From an uncultured Actinomycetes bacterium (GTDB lineage: Bacteria; Actinomycetota; UBA4738; HRBIN12), in NCBI GenBank assembly GCA_963796725.1, contig CAWCMT010000001.1, positions 756,437 to 820,436 of the forward strand: a stretch of DNA of 64,000 nucleotides. Reading direction: 5' to 3'. A program made the translations under genes and the position numbers. The notes below the pieces were generated by a model that saw nothing but the letters and a program-made list of their open reading frames with translations, searched no databases and was not told the DNA's origin. The stretch's first letter is position 1. Each line of letters begins with the position of its first letter. Shown here piece after piece: positions 9,841-19,726 of this stretch.

Positions 9841-11760
9841 CTAACCGCCCAGGATCGCCGCGAGCCCCGTGATCAGCACGCACGCTACGGCGCCGCCCAC
9901 CACCAGCATGAGCCGCAGCTGCCGGGGGATCGGCGAGTGTCCGAAGGCGAAGTAGAGGATCGGCCCGAAGAGCGGCACGAGTATCACGATCGCCATCCAC
10001 CGAGCTCGGAAGGAGATGGGCGCGGACTCCTGACGGATCAGGTCCCAGAGCGCGATCGTGAGCCAGGCGGCGTAGAGGAACCCCGGCAGGACGTAGCCGT
10101 ACAGACCGATGAGCAGGCTCCACCACGACGTCGCGAGCGGGACTCCGTACACCGTCATCTCCTTCTGGATGTGAGGGCCGGATGCCGTGGCGATGTCGCT
10201 CACCGCGCGGATCCGGTAGGGCTGGGGGACCGTCTGGTCGGGGATCGCGGGCTGGGGGGGAGCGGTCTCGGGCGCCGGCATCTGCGGTTGGGGAGGCGGA
10301 GCGGGCTGCGTCCGCCAGTCGCCGTGGGGGAACATGCGGTCGAGCGCATCCAGGAACCGGGTCCCGAGGTTGATGGTCGGGGCCGGGTCGCCGCCCCCGC
10401 CACGCGTCCACCAGTGGCCGCATCCGCGGAGCAGTTCGATGGCCGGGGGCAGGCTCGTGGCGAACGTGTTGCCCGAGAAGCAGTCGCCGCCCGCGGAGGG
10501 CGCGCCGAGCGCGAGGTCGGCACGGCCCGAATCGCGCACGACGTTGTCCTCGACCCGGTTCCCCGACGAGGGCCAGAGGCGGGCGTCGAGGTTCGGCATC
10601 ACGGCGATCCCGTAACCGCGCTGGCGCTCCACCAGGTTCCCGTTGACGAGATCGTCCCTGCCCCCCGCCAAGACGATGCCGTTGCCGAACGTGGGGTACT
10701 CGAGGTTCTTCGTGTCCGCCGTCGTCGAGTTGTTGTCGTGCACGTAGTTGCCGGCGATCAGCACATCGCGCTGCGGCGCCAGCTTCTCCGAGTCCAGGGT
10801 GTTCGGGACGATGCCGGCCATGTTGTCGCGCCACTCGCTGTTGACCAGCGCGAGGTCTCCTCCAGCGTTCGTGCCGCTGTAGCCCATCGCGTTGTGTTCG
10901 GCCAGGGAGTTCGTGATCACCGCGTGGCACGGCTGGCACTGACCGATGTAGATCCCGGAGTCGGGCGATCCGCTCGCGTAGACATGGTCGAACTGCCCCC
11001 AGTCCGAGGCATAGGCGTAGACGCCGTAGTCGCCGTTGTCGTACGCGGTGAGGTAGGAGCCCCAGAAGCCATGGACGCCCGACCAGTAGAACCCGTTCAG
11101 GGCGTAGTGCCTGGCCGTCATGTTCTGCACGGTCACGCCGTCGGCCTCCACGACGTAGATCCCGTTCGCATCCTTGAACCGCCCGTCGAGGACGACGCGG
11201 TTCCGGTCGGTACCCCGGATGGTGATGTAGGGCGTGGTGACCGTGACGGTCTCCCGATACACGCCGGGCGAGACGAGCACCATGCCGCCGGGGTGGGCCC
11301 GATCCACGGCCGCCTGGATCGTGGGCGCCTGCTGGGGAACCCGGATCGTGGCGGCGAACCCTGACGGGGGTGGCTCCCGGCCGGGTCCCACCCCGCCCGA
11401 GGAGCTCGGCAGCGGCACGTCGCCCACGACGATGGTTCCGGCCATGCCTGCGCCGGGTCGACCGTGATACCTGCAGTAGAAGGAGTACACGCCTGGCTGG
11501 TCGAACGTGTGGCCGAACAGCGCTCCTGGGTCGAGGTTGCCCGAGTCCCACGAGCCGTCGTCCGCCGTCACCGTGTGCGCTCCGTGGCCGTCGTTCGACC
11601 ACTCCACGGTCTGCCCGGGCTGGATGCGCACGACGCCGGGGTCGTATGCGTTGTCGATGGCGCTGACCTTCACATCGGAGGTGGTGGCTCGGGCGGCTAC
11701 CGGGAGCCAGAGGGCTCCGAGGACGACGAGGGCGAACAACGTGGCCTCACGGCGTGGCAT
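9841..11760 (-). CDS. Secreted cupredoxin + right-handed beta-helix (NosD-like) + C-terminal PLDc_N membrane-domain fusion protein
   Basis: The real start is the ATG at 11760 inside ORF 9841-12465 (MPRREATLFALVVLGALWLPVAARA). A type-1 copper pattern is present: HGAHTV...FYCRYHGRPGAGMAG. Beta-helix repeats: ITIRGTDRNRVVLDG, GIYIGQCQPCHAVITNS, NYVHDNN, NRVEDNVV. A Pro-rich linker follows, then TM helices with ALWDLIRQE...VILVPLFGPILYFAFG. Confidence 0.8.
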   Translation of the reverse strand: MPRREATLFALVVLGALWLPVAARATTSDVKVSAIDNAYDPGVVRIQPGQTVEWSNDGHGAHTVTADDGSWDSGNLDPGALFGHTFDQPGVYSFYCRYHGRPGAGMAGTIVVGDVPLPSSSGGVGPGREPPPSGFAATIRVPQQAPTIQAAVDRAHPGGMVLVSPGVYRETVTVTTPYITIRGTDRNRVVLDGRFKDANGIYVVEADGVTVQNMTARHYALNGFYWSGVHGFWGSYLTAYDNGDYGVYAYASDWGQFDHVYASGSPDSGIYIGQCQPCHAVITNSLAEHNAMGYSGTNAGGDLALVNSEWRDNMAGIVPNTLDSEKLAPQRDVLIAGNYVHDNNSTTADTKNLEYPTFGNGIVLAGGRDDLVNGNLVERQRGYGIAVMPNLDARLWPSSGNRVEDNVVRDSGRADLALGAPSAGGDCFSGNTFATSLPPAIELLRGCGHWWTRGGGGDPAPTINLGTRFLDALDRMFPHGDWRTQPAPPPQPQMPAPETAPPQPAIPDQTVPQPYRIRAVSDIATASGPHIQKEMTVYGVPLATSWWSLLIGLYGYVLPGFLYAAWLTIALWDLIRQESAPISFRARWMAIVILVPLFGPILYFAFGHSPIPRQLRLMLVVGGAVACVLITGLAAILGG

Positions 11761-11817
11761 CGCGCGGACGGTAGCATCCCGAGTCCCCCGCGTCCGACGG
11801 ACGGTAGGGTCTGCGCC

Positions 11818-13202
11818 ATGGCCCCCGAGCGCCTCTCCAGCCTGGACGCGAGCTTCCTCTACCTCGAGCGTCCCGCGATGCACATGCACGTGGCCGGCGT
11901 CTCGGTCTTCGAGCCGCGGGCGGATGGCCCCCTCACCTACGAGGACGTGAGCCGGGTGGTCAAGGCACGGCTCCATCTCGCCCCTCGCCTGCGCCAACGG
12001 GTGCTCCGCGTCCCCTTCGGCCTCGCCCGACCGCTGTGGGTCGACGACGAGCGGTTCGATCTCGACTTCCACCTGCGCCGTGCCGCGATCCCCGCGCCGG
12101 GAGGTCGGCTCCAACTGGAGCGAGCGGTGGGGCGCGTGCTGTCGCGCCAGCTGGATCCATCGAAGCCCTTGTGGGAGCTCTACGTGTTCGAGGGGCTGTC
12201 GGAGAGCCGGTCCGCGGTGCTCCTGAAGCTCCACCATGCCCTGGCGGATGGCATCAGCGGGATGTTGGTCGCCTCGGCTCTGTTCGATCTGGATGCCGAC
12301 GCGCCGGTCGGCCCGCCGCCGAAGGAGCGATGGGTTCCGATCGAGGCGCCCGGTCCCCAGGCGTTGATGCGCGACGCCGTCGAGGATCTGGTCCTGCATC
12401 CGCTCCAGGGACTGGGTCGTGCCGCCGAGGCCCCGGCCCGCGGCTCTGACCGAGGTCCGCGACACGTTGATGGGCCTCGGGCACCTGGCGGGGATGGGCG
12501 CCGCCTCCCAGCGGGCCGTTCGACGTGGAGGTGGGTCCGGCCCGCCGTTTCGCCACCACGGAGACTCCGTTCGAGCGCATCCGCGCCATCAAGAACGCGT
12601 TGGGAGGCACCGTCAACGACGTCGTCCTCACCGCTGTAGCCGGAGGTCTCTACGATCTGTTGCGGTCTCGGGGTGAGGCGACCCAGGGCCGGACCCTGCG
12701 CGTGATGGTGCCGGTATCGGTGCGCTCCAAGGCCGAGGAGGGAGACGTGGGCAACCGCGTGGCGCCCGCTGTCGTCGACGTCCCGGTCGGCAACCTGGCC
12801 CCCAGGACGCGGCTGCGCCGTGTCAGGGCTGCGACCCAGGAACTGAAGGCGTCGGGGCTCGCGGTGAGCGCGGACTCGATCATCGCGCTCGGGGCATACG
12901 CGCCTCCCGCCCTCCACGCGATGGCCGCACGGTTGGTCTCACGCGGCCAGTGGTTCAACCTCGTGGTGTCGAACATCCCCGCGCCTCAGATCCCGCTCTA
13001 TCTCGCCGGCGCCAGGCTGATCGAGAGCTACCCGGCGATGCCGTTGGGGGAGAGCTGCGCGCTCTCGATCGCCTGTACGTCGCTGGGTGGCACGATGGCG
13101 TTCGGGCTCACGGCCGACTGGGATGCCCTGCGGGACCTCAACGTGCTCGCCGCGGGGATCTCCTCGGCGATGGACGATCTCGCCGAGGCCGCCGGCACCT
13201 GA
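11818..13202 (+). pseudogene. Wax ester synthase/diacylglycerol acyltransferase (WS/DGAT), two frame disruptions
   Basis: MAPERLSSLDASFLYLERPAMHMHV...LLKLHHALADGISG (HHxxxDG active site) in the frame of ORF 11464-12639. A short stretch, AALTEVRDTLMGLGHLAGMGAAS, lies in the frame of ORF 12419. The C-terminal half (PFDVEVGPARRFATTE...GGTVNDVVLTAV...NLVVSNIPAPQIPLY) lies in ORF 12525-13202. Shifts are at about 12435-12445 and 12513-12518. Length is not divisible by 3. Confidence 0.8.
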
Positions 13203-13234
13203 TCCTCAGCATCGACCCGCCGACTCCGTCGGCG

Positions 13235-14152
13235 CTACCCCATGGCCCCCGGATACCAGTCCGCGACCTCACTCAGCCAGCGTCCCGGCGCCTCCAGCAT
13301 CGGCAGGTGGCCCACGCGTGGCAGGAAACGTCCTCGCCAGCCGGGGTGCCGTTGGAGTTCGGCAGCGGCGAACTCGGCCGGGACCAAGTGGTCCTCCCGG
13401 CCGTGGATCACCAGCACGGGGCACCTCACGTTGTCCAGCGCACGACGGGCGGCGTCGCGGTGCGCCCCCAGCCGCATCAACGATCTCGCCGCTTCCATGA
13501 ACGCCGGGATGGCGTCGGGGTCGCCGGATCGGACCCGAAGCTGGTCTTCGTGGAGCTGGATGACGTCCGCCGGGATCGCACCGGGATCCGAGGTGGTGAG
13601 GCGGAATCCGAGCTGGACCGCGCGTTCGGGGCTGAGGACGGCCGAGCGCGCCATCGCCACCTCCTCGCCCAGCCCTGGGAGTCGGTAGGCCGCGAACGAC
13701 GCCATCACCATGGGATGCGGTACCCCCCCTCGGACCCATGGGAACACGGAACCCGTGAGGACGATGCCGTCGACGCTCGCCGGGGCGACCGCCGCCTGCA
13801 GGATGGAGATCCCGCCGCCCATCGAGTTGCCGCACAGGACGGTGGTGCCTTCCGCGGTCTCCTCGATGAACCGTGAGAGCGTCCTGCGCAGGTCCATCAT
13901 CTTCGAGCCGCGCCCAGCCCGGGGGCTGGATCCGAACCCGGGGAGGTCGATCGCGACCACGCGGCCCAACCCCGAGAGTCCGGGCGCGACCCGCACCCAG
14001 TTGATCGAGGCGCCGCCGAGTCCGTGGACGAGGACGAAGGTGGTCTCGCTCGGCCCTTCCCACACACGGTGGGCGATGGGTCCGCCGAGGTCGATCATGC
14101 GCGTCTCTGGGAGCTCGGGCGTCATCGCAGGCAGCCTAGCGGCCGCGCGCAC
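13235..14152 (-). CDS. Alpha/beta-fold hydrolase
   Basis: 305-aa ORF; the start may be the M at 14125. FVLVHGLGGAS, nucleophile elbow GNSMGG, CPVLVIHGREDHLVP, VGHLPMLE. Confidence 0.8.
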   Translation of the reverse strand: MRAAARLPAMTPELPETRMIDLGGPIAHRVWEGPSETTFVLVHGLGGASINWVRVAPGLSGLGRVVAIDLPGFGSSPRAGRGSKMMDLRRTLSRFIEETAEGTTVLCGNSMGGGISILQAAVAPASVDGIVLTGSVFPWVRGGVPHPMVMASFAAYRLPGLGEEVAMARSAVLSPERAVQLGFRLTTSDPGAIPADVIQLHEDQLRVRSGDPDAIPAFMEAARSLMRLGAHRDAARRALDNVRCPVLVIHGREDHLVPAEFAAAELQRHPGWRGRFLPRVGHLPMLEAPGRWLSEVADWYPGAMG

Positions 14153-14551
14153 CCCGGCGCATCGTGAAGTCGGGTCCCGCGTTCGGGGAATGGGGGAACC
14201 GCGGGCGCATCTGCGGCGAAGGATTGCCAGGAGTGCCCGTGTTCGGGGAAGGTTCCCACCCCGGATAGGGTTGCTATCTATAGGAAGGGGATCGGTCGGC
14301 TCCAGGGAGGGTGGCGAACACGCAACGTAGATCCTGCGCCCGGGACCATGTGAATGTCTTCACAAGACCTTCACACGGGCTCTTCTTTACAAACCCGCAG
14401 GTGGGGACCTACGATGGCAGCGAGCGGCCGCCCGGCATGTCCCTTCAGCATGGACCGGGCCCCCCGAGCCGCCGACCGAGGAATCGAGTGCTCGACACCG
14501 TTACGCCTGCCCAGCGTGGCCGGCGCCGGCGAGCAAGGAGCGTGATACGAA
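14153..14551 (+). promoter_or_regulatory. Long non-coding leader/promoter region upstream of the sigma-factor gene, locally AT-richer
   Basis: No credible ORF across 400 nt. 14265-14400 is clearly less GC-rich than its surroundings (ttgctatctatagg, tgaatgtcttcacaagaccttcacac, ttctttacaaa). Direct repeats: CTTCACA x2 spaced 11 nt apart (14358-14364 and 14369-14375), and GTTCGGGGAA x2 (14180-14189 and 14240-14249). AAGGAG lies 11 nt before the GTG at 14552. Confidence 0.4.
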
Positions 14552-15484
<933 letters not shown>

Positions 15485-15510
15485 GCGCCAGCGGGCTTCG
15501 CGCCCGTTAA

Positions 15511-15538
15511 GGAAGGCCGGCCCTTCGGCCGGCCTTCC
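15511..15538 (+). terminator. Perfect 12-bp GC-rich hairpin downstream of the sigma gene
   Basis: GGAAGGCCGGCC-CTTC-GGCCGGCCTTCC, 27 nt after the stop. It is preceded by a smaller hairpin, CGGGC-TTCGC-GCCCG (15492-15506). There is no clear U-tract, which is common in high-GC actinobacteria. Confidence 0.6.
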
Positions 15539-15561
15539 GCGTTGCCGGGTACCATCGCCCC

Positions 15562-17256
15562 ATGCCGGACGACAGCCTCATCGATGCGGTGCGCGCCGCG
15601 GTGATCGGCGAGGACGAGGCGATCGCAACGCCGTTCGGGCTCCGCAGGGTCACCTACGCCGACTACACGGCATCCGGACGCTCGCTGACGTTCGTGGAGG
15701 ACTTCATCCGGGACACCGTGCTCCCGCTCTACGCGAACACCCACACGGAGTCCAGCGGCACCGGCCTCCAGACCACGCGGTTCCGGGAGGACGCCCGTGC
15801 GATCATCCGGTCGTCCATCGGAGCTACCGCCGAGGAGCACGCCGTGATCTTCTGCGGTTCCGGCTCGACCGGCGCGATCGACAAGCTGATCGACTGTCTC
15901 GAGCTCCGGGTGCCGGCGGGCCTCGATGACGCCTACGAACTGATCGAGCGTATCCCGCCCCGGGAACGTCCGGTCGTCTTCATCGGACCGTACGAGCATC
16001 ACTCGAACGAGCTGCCCTGGCGGGAGTCGATCGCCGATCTGGTCACGGTGCCGGAGGATAGCGACGGCCGGATCGATCTGGAGGCCCTCGAGCGCGAGCT
16101 CAACGCCCACGCCGACCGCCCTCTGAAGATCGGCAGTTTCTCCGCGGCTTCGAACGTCACAGGCATCCTGAGCGATGTGAGCGCGATCTCGGTGCTGCTC
16201 CATCGCTACGGTGCGCTCTCCTGCTGGGACTTCGCGGCCGCAGCCCCGTACGTCGACGTCGCGATGTCCCCGCGGCGGGGACCCGGGGAGGCGCCGTTGG
16301 ACTACAAAGACGCCGTCTTCATCTCGCCGCACAAGTTCGTGGGCGGTCCCGGTACGCCCGGGGTACTGGTGGCGCGGCGCGAGCTGTTCCACAACCGCGT
16401 GCCGAGCGTGCCGGGGGGTGGCACGGTGGCCTACGTCAATCCGACCGAGCACCGGTACCTGGACGACATCGAGGCAAGGGAGGAAGGGGGCACGCCCTCC
16501 ATCATCGGCTCCATCCGAGCGGGCCTGGTCTTCCAGCTGAAGGAGGCGGTGGGCACCGACGCGATCGGCAGGCGCGAGGAGTCGTTCGTGCATCGGGCGA
16601 TGCACCGCTGGGAGGAGAACCACGACATCGAGATCCTGGGCAGCCATGAACTGCCCCGGCTCTCGATCGTGTCGTTCGTGGTTCGGCACGAGGGGCGGTA
16701 CCTGCACCACAACTACGTGGTAGCGCTGCTCAACGATCTGTTCGGGATCCAGGCGCGCGGTGGTTGCTCCTGCGCGGGACCCTACGGGCACCGGCTGCTG
16801 GGGATCGACCTCGAGCGCTCCCACGAGTTCGAACGCGAGATCGCGAAGGGTTGCGAGGGCATCAAGCCCGGCTGGGTCCGGGTCAACTTCAACTACTTCT
16901 TCACCGAGGCCGTGTTCGAGTACGTGTTGGACGCGGTGGACCTGGTGGCGACCGAGGGCTGGAGGCTCCTTCCGCGGTATAGGTTCGATGCGCCGAGCGG
17001 CATGTGGCGCCATCTCGACGGCCAGCCCGAGCCTCCGATGTCGTTGCATGATGTCCGATACCGGGAGGGCACGATGGTGTTCCATGGACATCGGCACCAA
17101 GCCCCTGAGAGCGCGCTGGCGGGGTACCTGGACGAGGCGCGCCGGTTACTGGCGGAGCCCCCGGCGACCGTGGCATCGGTGCCGCTGGACGTGAGCGACG
17201 ACTTCGAGCACCTGCGCTGGTTCTGGCTCCCGCAGGAGGTGGGCGCGACGGTCTAG
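15562..17256 (+). CDS. Class-V aminotransferase-fold PLP enzyme (cysteine desulfurase/selenocysteine-lyase-like, long form)
   Basis: 564 aa. YADYTASGRSL, YANTHTESSGTG, FCGSGSTGAIDKL, ISPHKFVGGPGTPGVL (PLP lysine context). Its stop codon shares the palindrome CTAG with the convergent NUDIX gene. Confidence 0.8.
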   Translation: MPDDSLIDAVRAAVIGEDEAIATPFGLRRVTYADYTASGRSLTFVEDFIRDTVLPLYANTHTESSGTGLQTTRFREDARAIIRSSIGATAEEHAVIFCGSGSTGAIDKLIDCLELRVPAGLDDAYELIERIPPRERPVVFIGPYEHHSNELPWRESIADLVTVPEDSDGRIDLEALERELNAHADRPLKIGSFSAASNVTGILSDVSAISVLLHRYGALSCWDFAAAAPYVDVAMSPRRGPGEAPLDYKDAVFISPHKFVGGPGTPGVLVARRELFHNRVPSVPGGGTVAYVNPTEHRYLDDIEAREEGGTPSIIGSIRAGLVFQLKEAVGTDAIGRREESFVHRAMHRWEENHDIEILGSHELPRLSIVSFVVRHEGRYLHHNYVVALLNDLFGIQARGGCSCAGPYGHRLLGIDLERSHEFEREIAKGCEGIKPGWVRVNFNYFFTEAVFEYVLDAVDLVATEGWRLLPRYRFDAPSGMWRHLDGQPEPPMSLHDVRYREGTMVFHGHRHQAPESALAGYLDEARRLLAEPPATVASVPLDVSDDFEHLRWFWLPQEVGATV

Positions 17257-17828
17257 CCCGACGACGTCGTGCGCCGCCTGGCGACCGCGAGGAGCGCCGC
17301 TTGGCTCATGACGTCGTGGATCTCGCCGCGCTCCACCATCGTCAAGGCCTCGTCGAGCGGAACCCATCGCAGTACGAGCTCCTCGGTGGCATCGGGCGTC
17401 GCCACTCCGGGGGCCAGGCCGGTCGCAACGAATATCGCACCCTCCTCGTCCGTGACGGAATTCGACAGCGTGAAGCGGAACAGCTCCTCCCACGTTTCGG
17501 ACACGTAGCCGGTTTCCTCCGCGAGCTCGCGGCGGGCTCCTTCGAGAAGATCCTCGTCCCATGGACTGCCGCCCTCCGGGATCTCCCAGCTGTACCGGTC
17601 GAGCGTGTAGCGGAACTGGCCAACGAGCAGAACGCGGTCTTCGTCATCGAGTGCGACCACGCCGACGGCGCGCGTGCGGAAATGGACCACCCCGTAGATG
17701 CCGGGCGCGCCGTCGGGTCTCGTGACCTCGTCGTGCCACACCTCGATCCATGGGTTCTCGTACACGGTCGAGCGGTCCCGCCGCGTCCAGGGGTTGCGTG
17801 ATCCGTCGGCACCCGATCCTTCGCTCAC
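17253..17828 (-). CDS. NUDIX hydrolase (ADP-ribose pyrophosphatase-like)
   Basis: 191 aa, GTG start. Nudix box EIPEGGSPWDEDLLEGARRELAEETG. Confidence 0.85.
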   Translation of the reverse strand: MSEGSGADGSRNPWTRRDRSTVYENPWIEVWHDEVTRPDGAPGIYGVVHFRTRAVGVVALDDEDRVLLVGQFRYTLDRYSWEIPEGGSPWDEDLLEGARRELAEETGYVSETWEELFRFTLSNSVTDEEGAIFVATGLAPGVATPDATEELVLRWVPLDEALTMVERGEIHDVMSQAALLAVARRRTTSSG

Positions 17829-18487
17829 GGTGGATCTCCGCAGATCGTCCGCGCCCGCAGGATCTGCTCTTGCATCGTGACGCGCACGTGATCGCGGAAC
17901 TCACCCGGCGACTCGGCGCTGCCGTGCGCCGGCGGCTGCATCGGAGGACCGTACACGAGCGCGACCCTCGGTCGTCTGAGCAGCTCCCGGAGCTGAAGGC
18001 CCGCCGGGCTGGGCCAGCTGCAGCCTGGGTGCCCCAGATCGCGACGGGGATCACCGGCACCCCGGTGGGGATCGCGAGCCGGGTCAGCCCCGAGCGCAGA
18101 CGCTGCAGGCCCGCGTAGGGGTCGTCGCTCACGCGGCCCTCCGGGAAAGATCCCCGCACAGGCGCCGCCGCGGATCGCCTCAACGGCCGTCTCGAGCGCC
18201 CGGATGTCGCCCATGCCTCGGTTGATCGGGATCTGGCGAGCCTCCCGGAGGATGAACCCCCAGAACAGGTCGAACACCTCGGAGGCGATCAGGAACCTGG
18301 TGGCACGCCGTCGTTCAGCACCGGTGACGGCGGCCAGTGCGGGACCGTCCAGGACGCTGATGTGGTTGCAGGCCAAGATCGCGGGCCCGTTCCGCGGAAC
18401 GTGGTGCGCCCCTTCGACCGTCACGCGGAAGAAGACGGCCATCAGGAACCGGACGAGCGGTGCCCCTATCGCCCACACCCAGTTCAT
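17825..18487 (-). pseudogene. plsC: 1-acyl-sn-glycerol-3-phosphate acyltransferase (PlsC family) with a compensated pair of frameshifts
   Basis: MNWVWAIGAPLVRFL...NHISVLDGPAL (HX4D block)...ARQIPINRG...GIFP, then an out-of-frame stretch. EGRVSDDPYAGLQRLRSGLTRLAIPTGVPVIPVAIWGTQ is encoded in the frame of ORF 17644-18183. The original frame resumes at WPSPAGLQLRELLRRPRVALVYGPPM. Shifts are at about 18147-18151 (an extra G inside the FPEG-coding tttcccGgaggg) and about 18018-18025. The stop overlaps the NUDIX start (GTGA). Confidence 0.8.
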
Positions 18488-18565
18488 CTCTCTCTCGCTC
18501 GCCACGAGCCGGATGCTACCCCGGGCGGTTCTGCTCGGTCCCCGGTGAGTGCTACCGTCCCGCGC

Positions 18566-19726
18566 ATGGACGCTCTCTCGCTTCGCGACATCGCAGCCGG
18601 CCTCTACGACGGGTTCACCGAGGCGCTCGAACGGATGGTCAACGTCGACTGCGGTTCCTACTCGCCGGAGGGCGTCAACGAGATCGCGGATCTCTGCGAG
18701 GCTCGGTTCCGGGCGCACGGCTGGGATGTCGAACGTCGCACCCACCGCCCGGTGCCCGGCGAGCCTCAGCTCGGCGATCTGGTGATCGGGTCGCTGAAGG
18801 CGAACGGTGGTCCCAGGATCCTGCTCGTCGGGCACACCGATACCGTCTTCGACGACGGAACCGTGGCCGAACGCCCGTACCGCGTCGAAGGTGACATCGC
18901 CCGCGGCCCCGGGGTCTCCGACATGAAGGCGGGTCTCCTCACGGGCTTCTTCGCCGTCCAGGTGCTCCAGGCGTCGGGGTTCAACCGGTTCTCGCGGATC
19001 ACTTACGTCTGCAATCCGGACGAGGAGATCGGGTCGCCGTTCAGCGGGCCGATCATCAAGGAACTGGCGCCCGAGCACGACGTAGCGTTCGTGCTCGAGG
19101 GAGCTCGGGCCAACGGCGACATCGTCAGCGCCCGGAAGGGGATCACCGACTACACGATCACGGTCGAGGGTCGGGCGGCCCACGCGGGGGTGGAGCCGGA
19201 GAAGGGCCGCAACGCCCTCCTGGAGGCCGCGCACAAGATCATCGAGCTGCAGGAGTTGAACGGACGGTGGCCCGGCGTCTCGGTCAACGTGGGCGTGGCC
19301 CGTGGTGGGACCCGCTCGAACGTCGTCGCCGAGCGATGCGAGCTCCACGTCGATCTGCGATCGCCCGAGCTCGAGACGCTCGAGGCCGCCGAGGCGGAGA
19401 TCGACCGCATCTGCGCCACCACGATCGTCCCCGACGTGCGCGTGCGCGTGCACGCGAACAGCTGGCATCGTCCCATGGAGAAGAAGGAGGGAGGAGCTCG
19501 CCTCGCCGAGCTGGCCATCGCTGTGGCGGCAGAGCTCGGGTTCGAACTGCACGACGCGGCCACCGGCGGGGCATCCGACGCCAACACGACGAGCGCGGCC
19601 GGCACCCCCACGATCGACGGCCTCGGTCCGGTCGGTGGGGACGATCATGCCCCCGCGGAGTGGGTGGACCTGCGCAGCGTCGTCCCGCGGGTGGCACTGT
19701 TGGCCGGGATCATCAGCAGGCTCTGA
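18566..19726 (+). CDS. M20-family metallopeptidase (carboxypeptidase G2/glutamate carboxypeptidase-like)
   Basis: Internal ATG of ORF 18362-19726. ILLVGHTDTVF, GPGVSDMKAG, NPDEEIGSP, SARKGITDYTITVEGRAAHAG, GGASDAN. Confidence 0.85.
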   Translation: MDALSLRDIAAGLYDGFTEALERMVNVDCGSYSPEGVNEIADLCEARFRAHGWDVERRTHRPVPGEPQLGDLVIGSLKANGGPRILLVGHTDTVFDDGTVAERPYRVEGDIARGPGVSDMKAGLLTGFFAVQVLQASGFNRFSRITYVCNPDEEIGSPFSGPIIKELAPEHDVAFVLEGARANGDIVSARKGITDYTITVEGRAAHAGVEPEKGRNALLEAAHKIIELQELNGRWPGVSVNVGVARGGTRSNVVAERCELHVDLRSPELETLEAAEAEIDRICATTIVPDVRVRVHANSWHRPMEKKEGGARLAELAIAVAAELGFELHDAATGGASDANTTSAAGTPTIDGLGPVGGDDHAPAEWVDLRSVVPRVALLAGIISRL

